From contig NW_021833170.1 of NCBI RefSeq assembly GCF_006345805.1, positions 1 to 35,187 on the forward strand: 35,187 nucleotides of DNA, given 5' to 3'. The notes under the pieces are model-generated. The model ran no database searches. It saw only the letters and a list, made by a program, of their open reading frames with translations, and was not told the origin of the DNA. A program made the position numbers and the translations under genes. This DNA is from Octopus sinensis (taxonomy: Eukaryota). This document shows, piece after piece, positions 9,596 through 20,332 of the stretch (positions are counted from its first letter, which is position 1; each line of letters begins with the position of its first letter).

Positions 9596-9712
9596 TCTAC
9601 TATATATGTACAAAACTGAGAATGTGTGTCTGTCTGTCTGTCTGTGTGTTTCCCTAAATCTTGAGAACTACACAACCAATTTCATTCAAATTTTACACAT
9701 CAATTTCTTAAG
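9596..9712 (+). mobile_element. Possible Helitron-like 5' end fragment
   Basis: Starts TC-TACTATATAT..AAAA, then (TGTC)n, then GAACTACACAACCAATTTCATTCAAATTTTACAC, the layout of non-autonomous invertebrate helitron 5' ends. Confidence 0.45.
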
Positions 9713-10066
9713 GATGAAGATGTGAGGGAAGTAGTGGAGGGAGAGAATTCGCCGGACCAAGTGCATTGAAAAGGAAGGAGACTATATAGAAAAATGATGT
9801 GCTTGTTTATCCCCTGTTTTTGTGTAAATACATTGAAAACACAAGAGCGCATATAATTTTTGACTCTCCCTTGCAATATCCACACACCCAGTTCCCACCC
9901 CTAACAATAACTCATAGAGCATATACGTAACACAATCAGCATCTGTTAACAACACATACAGTACATAATAGACACCTGAGATTTTATCATATCCCACGTT
10001 CCCCCATCAATTCATATTCAACACAATTACTACCCAATAATACAACCAGCACAGTATATACCTCAT

Positions 10067-10460
10067 GGAATGGAATGGAAGCACACCGTCGGTTACGACG
10101 ACGAGGGTTCCGGTTGATCCGAATCAACGGAACAGCCTGCTCGTGAAATTAACATGTAAGTGGCTGAGCACTCCACAGACACGTGTACCCTTAACGTAGT
10201 TCTCGGGGATATTCAGCGTGACACAGAGAGTGACAAGGCCGGCCCTTTGAAATACAGGTACAACAGAAACAGGAAGTAAGAGTGAGAGAAAGTTGTGGTG
10301 AAAGAGTACAGCAGGGATCACCACCATCCCCTGCTGGAGCCTCGTGGAGCTTTAGGTGTTTTCGCTCAATAAACACTCACAAAGCCCGGTCTGGGAATCA
10401 AAACCGCGATCCTACGACCGCGAGTCCGCTGCCCTAACCACTGGGCCATTGCGCCTCCAC
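10067..10460 (-). mobile_element. Full-length tRNA-derived SINE family B, copy 3, with (ATTCC)n tail
   Basis: 11-bp TSD ATATACCTCAT at 10056-66 and 10461-71. Confidence 0.92.
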
Positions 10461-10959
10461 ATATACCTCATACTAGAGCTTCTCAAGCTTTTTTTACCTA
10501 CAGCCCCTTTATTTTTTATTAACACTTTTTTTGACAACAGCCCTCCTGTTCCTTGCTATGATTCAACATAATTAAATCATTACATAACATTGCTGCCAAC
10601 AGGTTGATTGCCTTTAGTGATAGGAAACTCTCAAGAGAGCAGAACAGCAGAAGGTCTCCAGAGGAAAAAACCTTGCTCAGGCAAGTGTTTTGACCCTTAA
10701 CTTTTTACACTGTAAAGGAGCCACGCTACATCCAGGTCATGACTCCTGGGTGTCCTTCCACAGATGGTTTTCAGCCACTTGCACATTGGAGACTTGTGCA
10801 TTTCAACCACCTGGAGATTTCATCTGGTTGTAACTCTTCTCTGTTGTCTCAGATTTATATTTAAAGAAGAAATAACACTGGTTGTCATGGTAGCGGTGAA
10901 ATGTGAATGCTGTCACAATGACTCGCTCAGAGTTACTTCCCTTAGCATTAAAACAAAAG

Positions 10960-11262
10960 TATTTATTTCTCTTTATTGCCCACAGGGGGCTAAACATAGA
11001 GGGACAAACAAGGACAGACAAAAATAATTATTGTTTACCTTTATTGCCCACAGAGGGCTAAACATAGAGGGGACAAACAAGGACAGACAAAAAAATTAAG
11101 TTGATTACATTGGCCCCAGTGTGTAACCGGTACTTATTTAATCGACCCTGAAAGGATGAAAGGCAAAGCTGACCTCGGCAGAGTTTGAACTCAGAACGTA
11201 ACAGCAGATGAAATTCCGCTAAGCATTTTGCCCAGTGTGCTAACAATTCTAACAGCTTGCCA
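10960..11262 (-). mobile_element. Nin/Deu-domain-like SINE with a locally duplicated ~52-bp tail
   Basis: Core motif at 11130-11200. TTTATTGCCCACAG.GGGCTAAACATAGAGGG..GACAGACAAAAA occurs at ~10972 and ~11041. Confidence 0.8.
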
Positions 11263-11297
11263 CCCTATTAAAACAAAAATATTGCCTTCAAATTGTA

Positions 11298-11478
11298 TGG
11301 AGATCATTTTTGTTCCTCTACGACAAGGTCCAGTTGGAACACCTTTCTACTGTCTCTGATATGGCCTTCAGGGCTTTGGTTCTGTTCTTGCCAGAGACTG
11401 TGAGTTGTTTCATTAGATTGTAAGCAGGTTTACCCACAAAACCTCTGGCCCCCAACATATGTGGTGAGAACCTCCACT
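11298..11478 (-). mobile_element. 3' end of an R2-superfamily (HERO-like, restriction-like endonuclease) non-LTR retrotransposon ORF, decayed
   Basis: With one 1-bp frameshift reads VGARGFVGKPAYNLMKQLTVSGKNRTKALKAISETVERCSNWTLS*RNK, resembling the EVG.RGF..A...AE.AE..S.W.W C-terminus of these elements. Confidence 0.65.
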
Positions 11479-11774
11479 CAGAAGAACTTTTACTTTGTTT
11501 TTGACTCTAAAATGATGAAGGGCAAAGCTTCACTAGATATGAAATTTTAGCATCCAAACCTTATTTTGGACATGTCCCTAGTAGTGTGCTGGCAAAGCAT
11601 GATCACTGCTTATGGCTACCATACATCATCTGTGGTAAATGGAGTTTGGTCATTGGATCTACATTAAGAATTCCTCAGTGCACATTGAGTACATTAGTTT
11701 TCTATATATATAGTTCTGTCTACCATCCGTTCCATCTGTCACCATGTCACCTTCAGTGTTCTTTACTCTCTTCA

Positions 11775-11998
11775 CATCTAATAATCCTTTCAAATAAAGG
11801 CACAAGGCCTGAAATTTGTGGGGGCGGGGACTAGTTGATTACACTGACTCCACTGTTTCACTGGTACTTCATTTATCAATCCCAAAAGGATGAAAGGCAA
11901 AGTTGACCTTGGTGGAATTGGAACTCGGAACGTCAAGGCGAATGAAATGCCGCTAGTCATTTCACTCGATATGTGAACGTTTCTGCTAGCTCACCACC
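11775..11998 (-). mobile_element. Nin/Deu-domain-like SINE
   Basis: Core motif GGTACT..AAAGGATGAAAGGCAAAGTTGACC on the plus strand. Confidence 0.75.
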
Positions 11999-11999
11999 T

Positions 12000-12033
<34 letters not shown>

Positions 12034-12048
12034 TAATAATAATAATAA
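12000..12048. repeat. (AAT)n microsatellite
   Basis: Direct reading. Confidence 0.95.
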
Positions 12049-12220
12049 AACCCTTCAAGGTGGTGCCCCAGCATAGCCACAGTCAAAAGACTGAAACAAG
12101 TTAAAGATAAGAAGATAAAAGATATATATATATAATAATAAATATTAGGGAATAAATCCAAATTTACAGGGAAAAAATCAGATTTAGGATTAAATCCAAT
12201 TTTATAGTAAAATATTATAA

Positions 12221-12539
12221 AATATTATTAGAGACAAAACCACTATTTTGCAAAACAAACAAGGAAAGACTTAATCAATACATAAAATTTTAATAAATAG
12301 TCAAAAAACCGCCACTACAATTGTTACTTGTCTTGATCGACAATCTTCAGGTGGACTTCCAATAAGTCAGTTTCAAATTATAATTTGAAACTGACTTATT
12401 GGAAGTCCACCTGAAGATTGTCGATCAAGACAAGTAACAATTGTAGTGGCGGTTTTTTTGACTATTTATTAAAATTTATGTATTGATTAGTCTTTCCTTG
12501 TTTGTTTTGCAAAATAGTGGTTTTGTCTCTAATAATATT
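12221..12539. repeat. 319-bp near-perfect spacerless palindrome with a mutated hammerhead motif in each arm
   Basis: Centre AAATTA|TAATTT at 12380/12381; the arms differ by two 1-nt indels. Motif CCAC-CTGAAGA-TTGTC..GACAA-GTAA-C AATT-GTA-GTGG at 12407-12449 (+), mirrored at 12312-12354 (-). Confidence 0.92.
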
Positions 12540-12880
12540 ATATATATATATATATTATATATATATATACATATTGCTTGCCAACCAGTGGTCTTAGGTT
12601 CAAGGTACCACTGCATGGTACCTTAAGCGAGTTTTTTTACTATAGCTTTGGGCTGATCAAAGCCTTGTGAGAGGATGTGGTAGACAGAAAGAAGACCATC
12701 GTGTGTGTTTGTGTTTCAATTTATTATGCAATTATGAAAGAGCTACTAATAGTTTCATGCTTTAATGATACTTTAAATTGGCAGATTTATAAAAACATGT
12801 CATGTATCTCCAATCAATCTTTCAGGCTGGAATAATGTTTGCCTCTCAATCCCTCTTTCATGGGGCCAAAGAGATGATAA

Positions 12881-12946
12881 TCCAGTGATGAGGAAGTGAA
12901 AACTATAGTGAAGAAGTGACTCAAAGAACTGTCAACAGAATTTTAC
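12881..12946 (+). mobile_element. Small mariner transposase C-terminal remnant
   Basis: Reads SSDEEVKTIVKK*LKELSTEFY, like the mariner F.SDEEVK.AV..WL..Q..EFY tail. Confidence 0.55.
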
Positions 12947-12949
12947 GTT

Positions 12950-13255
12950 GAGCTTACGATTGTGAGGTTGTGAGTTCGAATCCAGGACTGGGCTGTGTGT
13001 GGTGTTCTTAAGCAAAACATTTTATTTCATGTTGCTCCAGTTCACTCAGCTATAGAAATGAGTTGCGACGTCACAGGTGCCAAGCTGTATCGGCCGTTGC
13101 CTTTCCCTTGGATAACACTGGTGGCACAGAGAGGGGAGGCCGGTATGCATGGACGACTGCTGGTCTTCAATAAACAACCTTGCCTGGACTTGTGCCTGGG
13201 AGGGTAACTTTCTAGGTGCAATCCCACAGTCAGTCATGACCGAAGGGGGTCTCAA
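12950..13255 (+). mobile_element. 5'-truncated tRNA-derived SINE
   Basis: B box GGTTGTGAGTTCGAATCC, TGTTCTTAAGCAAAACA core, tail ending ATGACCGAAGGGGGTC. Confidence 0.65.
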
Positions 13256-14021
13256 TCTTGATCATCAAGTGATGGCTGTAAAGAAGAATCACTGTCATAC
13301 AAGTAGTGTTATTGTATAGAAACAATATATGATGATTATCTTTCATGCTAGCATGGGTCAAACAAAATTTATCGAAGCAGATTGCCCATGGATGCATGTC
13401 CTCCTTGTTGCCAAACCTCATCTGTTTTCAAGTGAGGTAATATTTCCCCACTACCAAACATGTTTTTGCAGAAAATTGGAAACAAGGGACACTGCTTGCA
13501 TGACGATGACACTCATTTACGACTGTTATATGATGTTGAAACAAGAAGATGGAATCATTGAAAAAAAAAAAAAAAAACATACAAAACAGGTTCAACAAAC
13601 ATACCAAATCCACTCAGAAGTCTATGGTTGGCTTGGAGGTTATAGAAGAAAATATTTGCCCATAGGCAAGATTGAGACCCCCTCCGGTCAAGACTGAACT
13701 TGGAACCATATAGTTGGGAAGCAAACTTGTTGACCTAGAGAGCCACACCTGAGCGTATAAGCTGTATAAATGGCAAACAAAGGAGTCAGCACACCTGTGG
13801 GCCAGAAGCTGGAGCATGATTTCCATGCTCTATTGCACCAGTACAGTGGAGAAGTATGGCTTAGTGGTTAAGGTAGGGAATTTATACCTCATGGAAACCG
13901 GGAAACCAGCCCCATGACTTTATATGATTTGGGAAGGATCTTTATCCTTTTAATCCTATTGCACTCCTCTGAGGCAAAATCCAGTCTGCTTTAAATTCTT
14001 ATACTCATTTTTCTTTATAAA

Positions 14022-14520
14022 TCATCATCATTTAATGTCCATTTTCCATGCTGGCATGGGTTGGACGGTTTGACAGGAGCTGACCAGCTGAAGGGCTGTT
14101 CAGGCTCTCTGTCTGTTTTGGCATGGTTTCTTTGGCTGGATGCCCTCCCTAATGCCAACCACTTCACAGAGTATACTGGGTGTTTTTATGCAACACCTGT
14201 ATGGGTACTCTTTACATGGTACCAACACCTATGAGCCACAAGATTAGGGATGCTCAGCTGGGGAGGGTTGCAGGGGATGAGCCTGTATGCACTAGCATAG
14301 CTAGAGTGTGCTGCCTGCGGCGACCCTTCTGTTTGCTGTCTCAGGACCCCACAAAAAACACATATTGCCTACAACAGACCCAAAAAGGGCCACCCGAGGT
14401 GGACCACTCCCACTGCACCCCCTAGCTATGCTAGTGCCTGTATACAAGGGCAACCACACCTTTACTTAGCTTGACGTGTCTTTTCAAGCACAGCAAACTA
14501 TCAGGAGTCTTGGTCCCCTG
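14022..14520 (-). mobile_element. RTE-type LINE 3' UTR fragment interrupted by a MITE
   Basis: Family motifs on both sides of 14290-14436. Confidence 0.7.
14290..14436. mobile_element. hAT-type MITE
   Basis: Perfect 15-bp TIR CACTAGCATAGCTAG; 8-bp TSD CCTGTATG/CCTGTATA (7/8). Confidence 0.8.
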
Positions 14521-14936
14521 TCGTCCCCTTTTTGAGTTCCTAAAACTTTTATAAGGATTATGCTATGGACTGTGATTGGTTGAAATCTATGGCAGTAAAT
14601 TACCCCAAAACTATGGTCTTCCGCTTCCTCATGGCAAGAAAGTGTGAAGTGAGAGAGTATTAGCTGCTACTTCTAACAGGCTAAGTAAGAAGATAAAGCT
14701 ATCTTTTATCTTAACTTATATATAGTTGGAATTTACAAAAAAAACAAAAGACAAAGACAGGTGTATAAACAACAAGCAGGTGTGTTAGTTTAATGCTCAG
14801 GAAGGTGAGATAGTCTTTTTCGTTTCAAGCCTACGATCTTCAACAGAAAAGAAACCAAAGGAAATAAACAGAGAGCGAATAAAAAAAGCTTTAGTGGCTA
14901 GCAGTTGATCATGGCTTACATAAATATATATATATA

Positions 14937-15282
14937 GGCGCAAGAGTGGCTGTGTGGTAAGTAGCTTGCTAACCAACCACATGGTTCCGGGTTCAGTCCC
15001 ACTGCCTGGCATCTTGGGCAAGTGTCTTCTGCTATAGCCTTGTGAGTGGATTTGGTAGACGGAAACTGAAAGAAGCCTGTCGTATATATGTATATATATG
15101 TATGTGTTTGTCCCCCGATGCTGGTGTGTTTACGTCTCCGTCACTTAGCGGTTTGGCAAAAGTGACCGATAGAATAATACTGGGCTTACAAGGAATAAGT
15201 CCCGGGGTTGATTTGGTCGACTAAAGGCGGTGCTCCAGCATGGCCGCAGTCAAATGGCTGAAACAAGTAAAAGAGTAAAGAG
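14937..15282 (+). mobile_element. tRNA-derived SINE family A (GGCGCAGGAGTGGCTGTGTGGTAAG head, internal (TA)n, GAGTAAA tail)
   Basis: High similarity to copies at 15696, 25494, 30268 and 31368. Confidence 0.9.
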
Positions 15283-15294
15283 TAATATATCACA

Positions 15295-15450
15295 GGCTTC
15301 TTTCAGTTTCCATCTACCAAATCCACTTACAAGGCTTTGATCGGCCTGAGGCTATAGTAGAAGACACTTGCCCAAGGTGTCACGCAGTAGGACTGAACCC
15401 AGAACCATGTGGTTGGGAAACAAGCTTCTTATCACACACCTACTCCTGCA

Positions 15451-15502
<52 letters not shown>

Positions 15503-15637
15503 CCACACAGTGGACTTCCTTCAGTTTCCATCTACCAGATCTACTCCCAAGGCTATAGTAGAAGACATACGAAATGTAATGCTGGCTGGGGAACTGAACT
15601 CGAAACCATGATGTTGAAAAGCAAGTTTCTTAACCTA
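15295..15637 (-). mobile_element. Two partial SINE family A 5' halves separated by (AT)n
   Basis: CTTCAGTTTCCATCTACCA..CTATAGTAGAAGACA..GAACCATG in both. Confidence 0.75.
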
Positions 15638-15695
15638 TAACTCTTTTATTTTTCATTTAGCACAAATTTGTAGCAAGCAATATCTCTTTTTTTTT

Positions 15696-16104
15696 TTCTT
15701 TCTTTTTACTTGTTTCAGTCATTTTGACTGCGGCCATGCTGGAGCACCGCCTTTAATCGAGTAACTCGACCCCGGGACTTATTCTTTGTAAGCCCAGTAC
15801 TTATTCTATCGGTCTCTTTTGCCGAACCGCTAAGTGACGGGGACATAAACACACCAGCATCGGTTGTCAAGCAATGCTAGGGGGACAAACACAGACACAC
15901 AAACATACACGCACATACATATATATATATATACATATATACGACAGGCTTCTTTCAGTTTCCGTCTACTAAATCCACTCACAAGGCTTTGGTCGGTCCG
16001 AGGCTATGGTAGAAGACACTTGCCCAAGGTGCCACGCAGTGGGACTGAACCTAGAACCATGTGGTTGGTAAACAAGCTACTTACCACACAGCCACTCCTG
16101 CGCC
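15696..16104 (-). mobile_element. Full-length SINE family A
   Basis: Complete head to tail on the minus strand. Confidence 0.9.
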
Positions 16105-16584
16105 TATGAGCAAATTAATTATACGTAAACATGGCAACAGGAAAAGTCCAAATTCTCAAAAGTTATTTTTTAATTAAAAAGGATAACCTTTATAATTTAT
16201 CATTTGCACCTTGGAGGAACTAGAATAAAAAAAAAAGATTGTAGTTAACCCTATTCTTGATATCTTAAGCCTGTGTTCCTTGTGTTCAATGAAAAATCAG
16301 GCTTTGATTCAAATGGAAACAAATAATGATGGGTGGAGTTAAGAGGAGTCAATGACGACAGACTCATAAGAGACAGGTAGAGAGCCTCTTCATCAGTGGA
16401 TCTCACCATTTAGCTATGAACCCCTTTGGTTCCTTTTTCACAGTGGTGGGCACTTGTAGCCATTCAGTGTTTTAAAAAAATCTTATATTTTTATAATTAA
16501 AGATTATTAGGAATTGTATAAAAAAAATTTGTTAAAATACTTTGTGTATGCGGGAACCTGGCTGAGAATTACTGCTCTCCATGA

Positions 16585-17355
16585 TCTATGGTCTGCTAGA
16601 AATAGCAGTCAAGTCTACTTCAATTCAGGTACTATCATCTTTAAAAAAAGGCAAAAACACATTGGGATAATGTAGTACTAAATATGCTGCGGATGGTCAC
16701 GGTAAGAAAGTCTTTGATTCCAGGTCTACTGGATCTGGGGTAACCTGGGATTAAACAATAAGGAACGACACCTTAGATAATGTAGTTCTAAACAGATTAT
16801 GTTCGAATAAAAGGCGAGATGGTCACAGTTAGAACGCTTTGATCATAAGTCTGTTGGATCAGGGATGGCCTGGGATTAAACAAGAAGGAATTACACATTA
16901 GATAATCCAGTCCTAGAACCTAAATATAAAGGACGTTTACGGCGGGAACGTCATTGATCACAGGCCTGTCTGCTGGATATGGACAGACGTGGGGCTAAAA
17001 AAAGGAAGGACACATTAGATATAATATAAATATATAGTCCTAGACACTCAATATGAATAAAAGACAAGGGGATCACATCCTGGGGCTACAGAACAAGGGC
17101 GCCTTACATAATGTAGGCCTAAATGTTACATTAAGTAAACAGCAGAATGGTTACAGCTGGAATATCTTTGCTTCATAGGATTGCTGGATCGGGGCTGAAC
17201 TCCAGCTAAACAACAACAACAACACGAAAGAAGTATTCGTTAAATGATGCAATTCTAAATGGATTGTCGCAATCAAGACAGGTTGGTCACGGCTGGAACA
17301 TCTTTGATACGCGAGGTCTGCTGGATCAGAAGCTGACCTGTGGTTAAAACAGCTA
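16585..17355 (+). repeat. Degenerate tandem array of a ~90-135-bp unit (about 6 copies)
   Basis: ACAC(A/C)TTAGATAATGTAGT-like anchors at ~16657, 16768, 16893, 17010, 17099 and 17236. Single copies also occur at ~650-770, ~31150-31360, ~31790-32030 and ~33490-33610. Confidence 0.75.
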
Positions 17356-17633
17356 GAACCACTACCACAACAGGTTACAAAACTCAGGTGTTCGTGTCGT
17401 CGCGAGAAGAGTAGAGCGGGGTATTGGATATTAAGGGACAGGAATTGATTATTCTTGGAGCCGAGAGACAGGTTTATTAGACGTAAACGTCGATGAGTAA
17501 CAGGTAAATGGTTTTCGCGACAAAGTAGAAAAAAAGCGACGAGTCCCTTGTCTCCATCTTTGGAGAGCAGCGATTAGTTTAGTTCAGCTTTTGTCTTTAA
17601 TTCGAATCACCTTAAATATTCACTGTGTGTGTA

Positions 17634-17692
<59 letters not shown>

Positions 17693-18188
17693 CTACATAT
17701 ATACATACATATACGCTCACGATGAAAGGATATTGTGGCAATCATCACGCTCACAAAAGATCGATGACAGCTTTGTGTGTCGTGTATAATAAATACTCAT
17801 TGTGTATGTGTATGTAATGTACACACAGACGTGTATAATTCCCTCCAAACACACACACATAGACACATTGGTGTATCTGTGTACATCTGTAAGCACGTCT
17901 CTGTGTGTGTATTTGTGCCTGTGGGCGTGTGTATGTTTATGTGATGTGTATGTGTGTGTGTGTGTATGTGTGTTGTGAGTAGTCAACCTGTGTTATCCGA
18001 TTACATCAACAGACGAAGGTTGGCAGAAAACGAAACAGTTTTTCGAAAAGCAAATTGGAGTAACACACACACACACTATATATATATATATACAAAATAC
18101 ATACCTACTACATAAACATATACACACAGAAAGATCTGACAGGTGCGTGAAGAAAAAAATAGTAAAATATGTTTAGGAGGTTCCTTAC

Positions 18189-18294
18189 CGTCAACAAAGG
18201 TACAAAGAGTCAGGTAAAACATTGCCCAAAACATGAATGGGCAGTGATGCTTGGCCTGCCGGGCGCACTGACCGAATGAAGTGACAGCAGCCAT
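18189..18294 (-). CDS. Coding exon 1 with signal peptide: MAAVTSFGQCARQAKHHCPFMFWAMFYLTLCTFVD(G)
   Basis: ATG in strong context AGCATGG at 18294; hydrophobic FMFWAMFYLTLCTFV stretch; donor GTAAGG at 18188-83 in phase 1, matching the exon 2 acceptor. Confidence 0.75.
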
Positions 18295-18579
18295 GCTGAC
18301 AGATGACGCACTATAATACAATATTACAGTATACAGTAAACAGTCCTTGCTGTTCAATGAACAGTTGGACGAACAACCACTACTACTTCGCGTTTTTTTA
18401 AACACCTATTGTTCCGCACCGTTAAAATAGTGCCGAACCCATTACCTTGTAACTTTCGTTTCTATTGTTATTTCCCCCCATTGTTTTGTCGCTAGATAAA
18501 GTCGTCAACATCACATGGAGAATATTTTTGTTTTCTCTGCATAGATTAGTGGAATTGGATTTTAGTGGTGTACGACCAA

Positions 18580-18842
18580 TGTGTTTGTGTGTTCATATGT
18601 GTGTTCATGTGTGTGTTCATGCGTGTGTGTGTGTGTGTGTGTGTGCGGTACACGTATGTACAAGAACATACATACGTCATGTTACGTATGTGTGTGTGTG
18701 ATCGCGCTCATATCTATGAATGTAATTGCGTGCGCATTTGAAATGTGTCAGTGCGCGTGAACATGTCAGTACATTTGGGGCATGTGTTACACAATGAGTG
18801 TATATCTGTGTACGTGTATATGTATGTATGTGTGTGTGTGTA

Positions 18843-18894
<52 letters not shown>

Positions 18895-19278
18895 ATATAT
18901 GTGTGGTGTGTTTGTATATACATATATATATGTATGTATATATTGCGTGTTTGTATATATATATATATGTATATATGTATATATATGTTTGTGTGTTTGT
19001 ATATTATATATATATATATAATCTGTGTTTGTATATATATATATATGTATATATATGTGTGTGTGTGTTTGGTATATATATATATATATGTATGTATATA
19101 TGTGTGTTTTGTATATATATAGTATATATCTATATATATATATATATAGTATAATGTATATATGTATGTGTTTGTATATATATATATACATAAGTACACA
19201 CACACACACACACACATACATACATATATATATAGATAGATAGATAGAGAGATAGAGATAGACTGATATAATACACAT

Positions 19279-19309
<31 letters not shown>

Positions 19310-19420
19310 CATACATACACACATATACAAATATAAATATATAGATATATGTATATATACATATATACGTATATATGTATGCCTGTGTGTGTGTATATAT
19401 ATATATATATAAAAAACATA
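18580..19420. repeat. Large compound (AT)n/(GT)n/(AC)n microsatellite field
   Basis: Direct reading; explains the YI/CV-rich spurious ORFs. Confidence 0.95.
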
Positions 19421-19476
19421 CATGTTTATTACATACATCTGCGCACACATATACACACACGCTACAAGTTATACAC

Positions 19477-19540
19477 ACCGCCGCCACCACCACCACCACC
19501 GCCACCACAACAACCACCACCACCACCACCACCACCACCG
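19477..19540. repeat. (CCA/CCG)n trinucleotide repeat
   Basis: Direct reading. Confidence 0.95.
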
Positions 19541-19934
19541 ACACACAGTAAACAGTACAAAAGCATCAGCAGATACCATATTGGTGTTTAGTTTCAGTTA
19601 TTATCGATCTCTCTCCCCCCACCTCTCCCTCTCTCGTTTCATTCAATAATTTATTATCCTCTCTCCCTCATTCACATGTCTCTCCTTCTTCCTTTCATTC
19701 TTCCCTCTCATTCATTCAATCATTTCTTTTCTCTATCTGTCTCTGCCTTTCGTTTCTAGTTTTCTCTTTTCTTTCATTTTTTTTTACTCTCTCTCTCTCT
19801 CTCTCCCTCTCTCTCTCTCTCCTTTCATTTCCTTTAATAACTTATTCTCCTCTTTCAACTTTTCTTTCTATCTCTTCATATTCACTTTTCTCACTCTCCC
19901 CTCTCTTACTCTCCATCTCTCTTTCATTATCTCT

Positions 19935-19999
19935 CTATCTATCTATCTATCTATCTATCCTACCTACCTACCTACCTACCTACCTACCTACCTACCTAC

Positions 20000-20038
<39 letters not shown>

Positions 20039-20190
20039 CCTACCTACCTACCTACCTACATACATACCTACCTACCTACCTACCTACCTACCTACCTACC
20101 TACCTACCTACCTACCTACCTACCTACCTACCTACCTACCTACCTACCTACCTACCTATCTATCTATCTATCTACCTACCTACCTACTAC

Positions 20191-20224
<34 letters not shown>

Positions 20225-20282
20225 CCTACCTACCTATCTATCTATATATCTATCTATCTACCTACCTACCTATCTATCTATA

Positions 20283-20332
<50 letters not shown>

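Noticed and set aside
10600-10900. Unique stretch with moderate GC and short open frames
   Set aside because: All minus-strand frames hit stops, there is no phase-compatible splice pair and no recognisable motif.
16345-16412. Minus-strand CTGATGA-AGAGG...CCTCT hammerhead-like start
   Set aside because: There is no GAAA box, stem III or stem I partner after the apparent stem II.
16385-16470. Possible minus-strand exon ending at ATG|GTGAGA
   Set aside because: No convincing acceptor, and the phase-2 donor is incompatible with exon 2.
16585-17355. CRISPR-like repeat-spacer appearance
   Set aside because: The whole units are homologous and degenerate rather than identical repeats with unique spacers; the context is eukaryotic and has no cas genes.
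18787-19544. Long ORFs of 210-231 aa rich in Y/I/C/V
   Set aside because: They are translations of (AT)n/(GT)n microsatellites with no coding signal.
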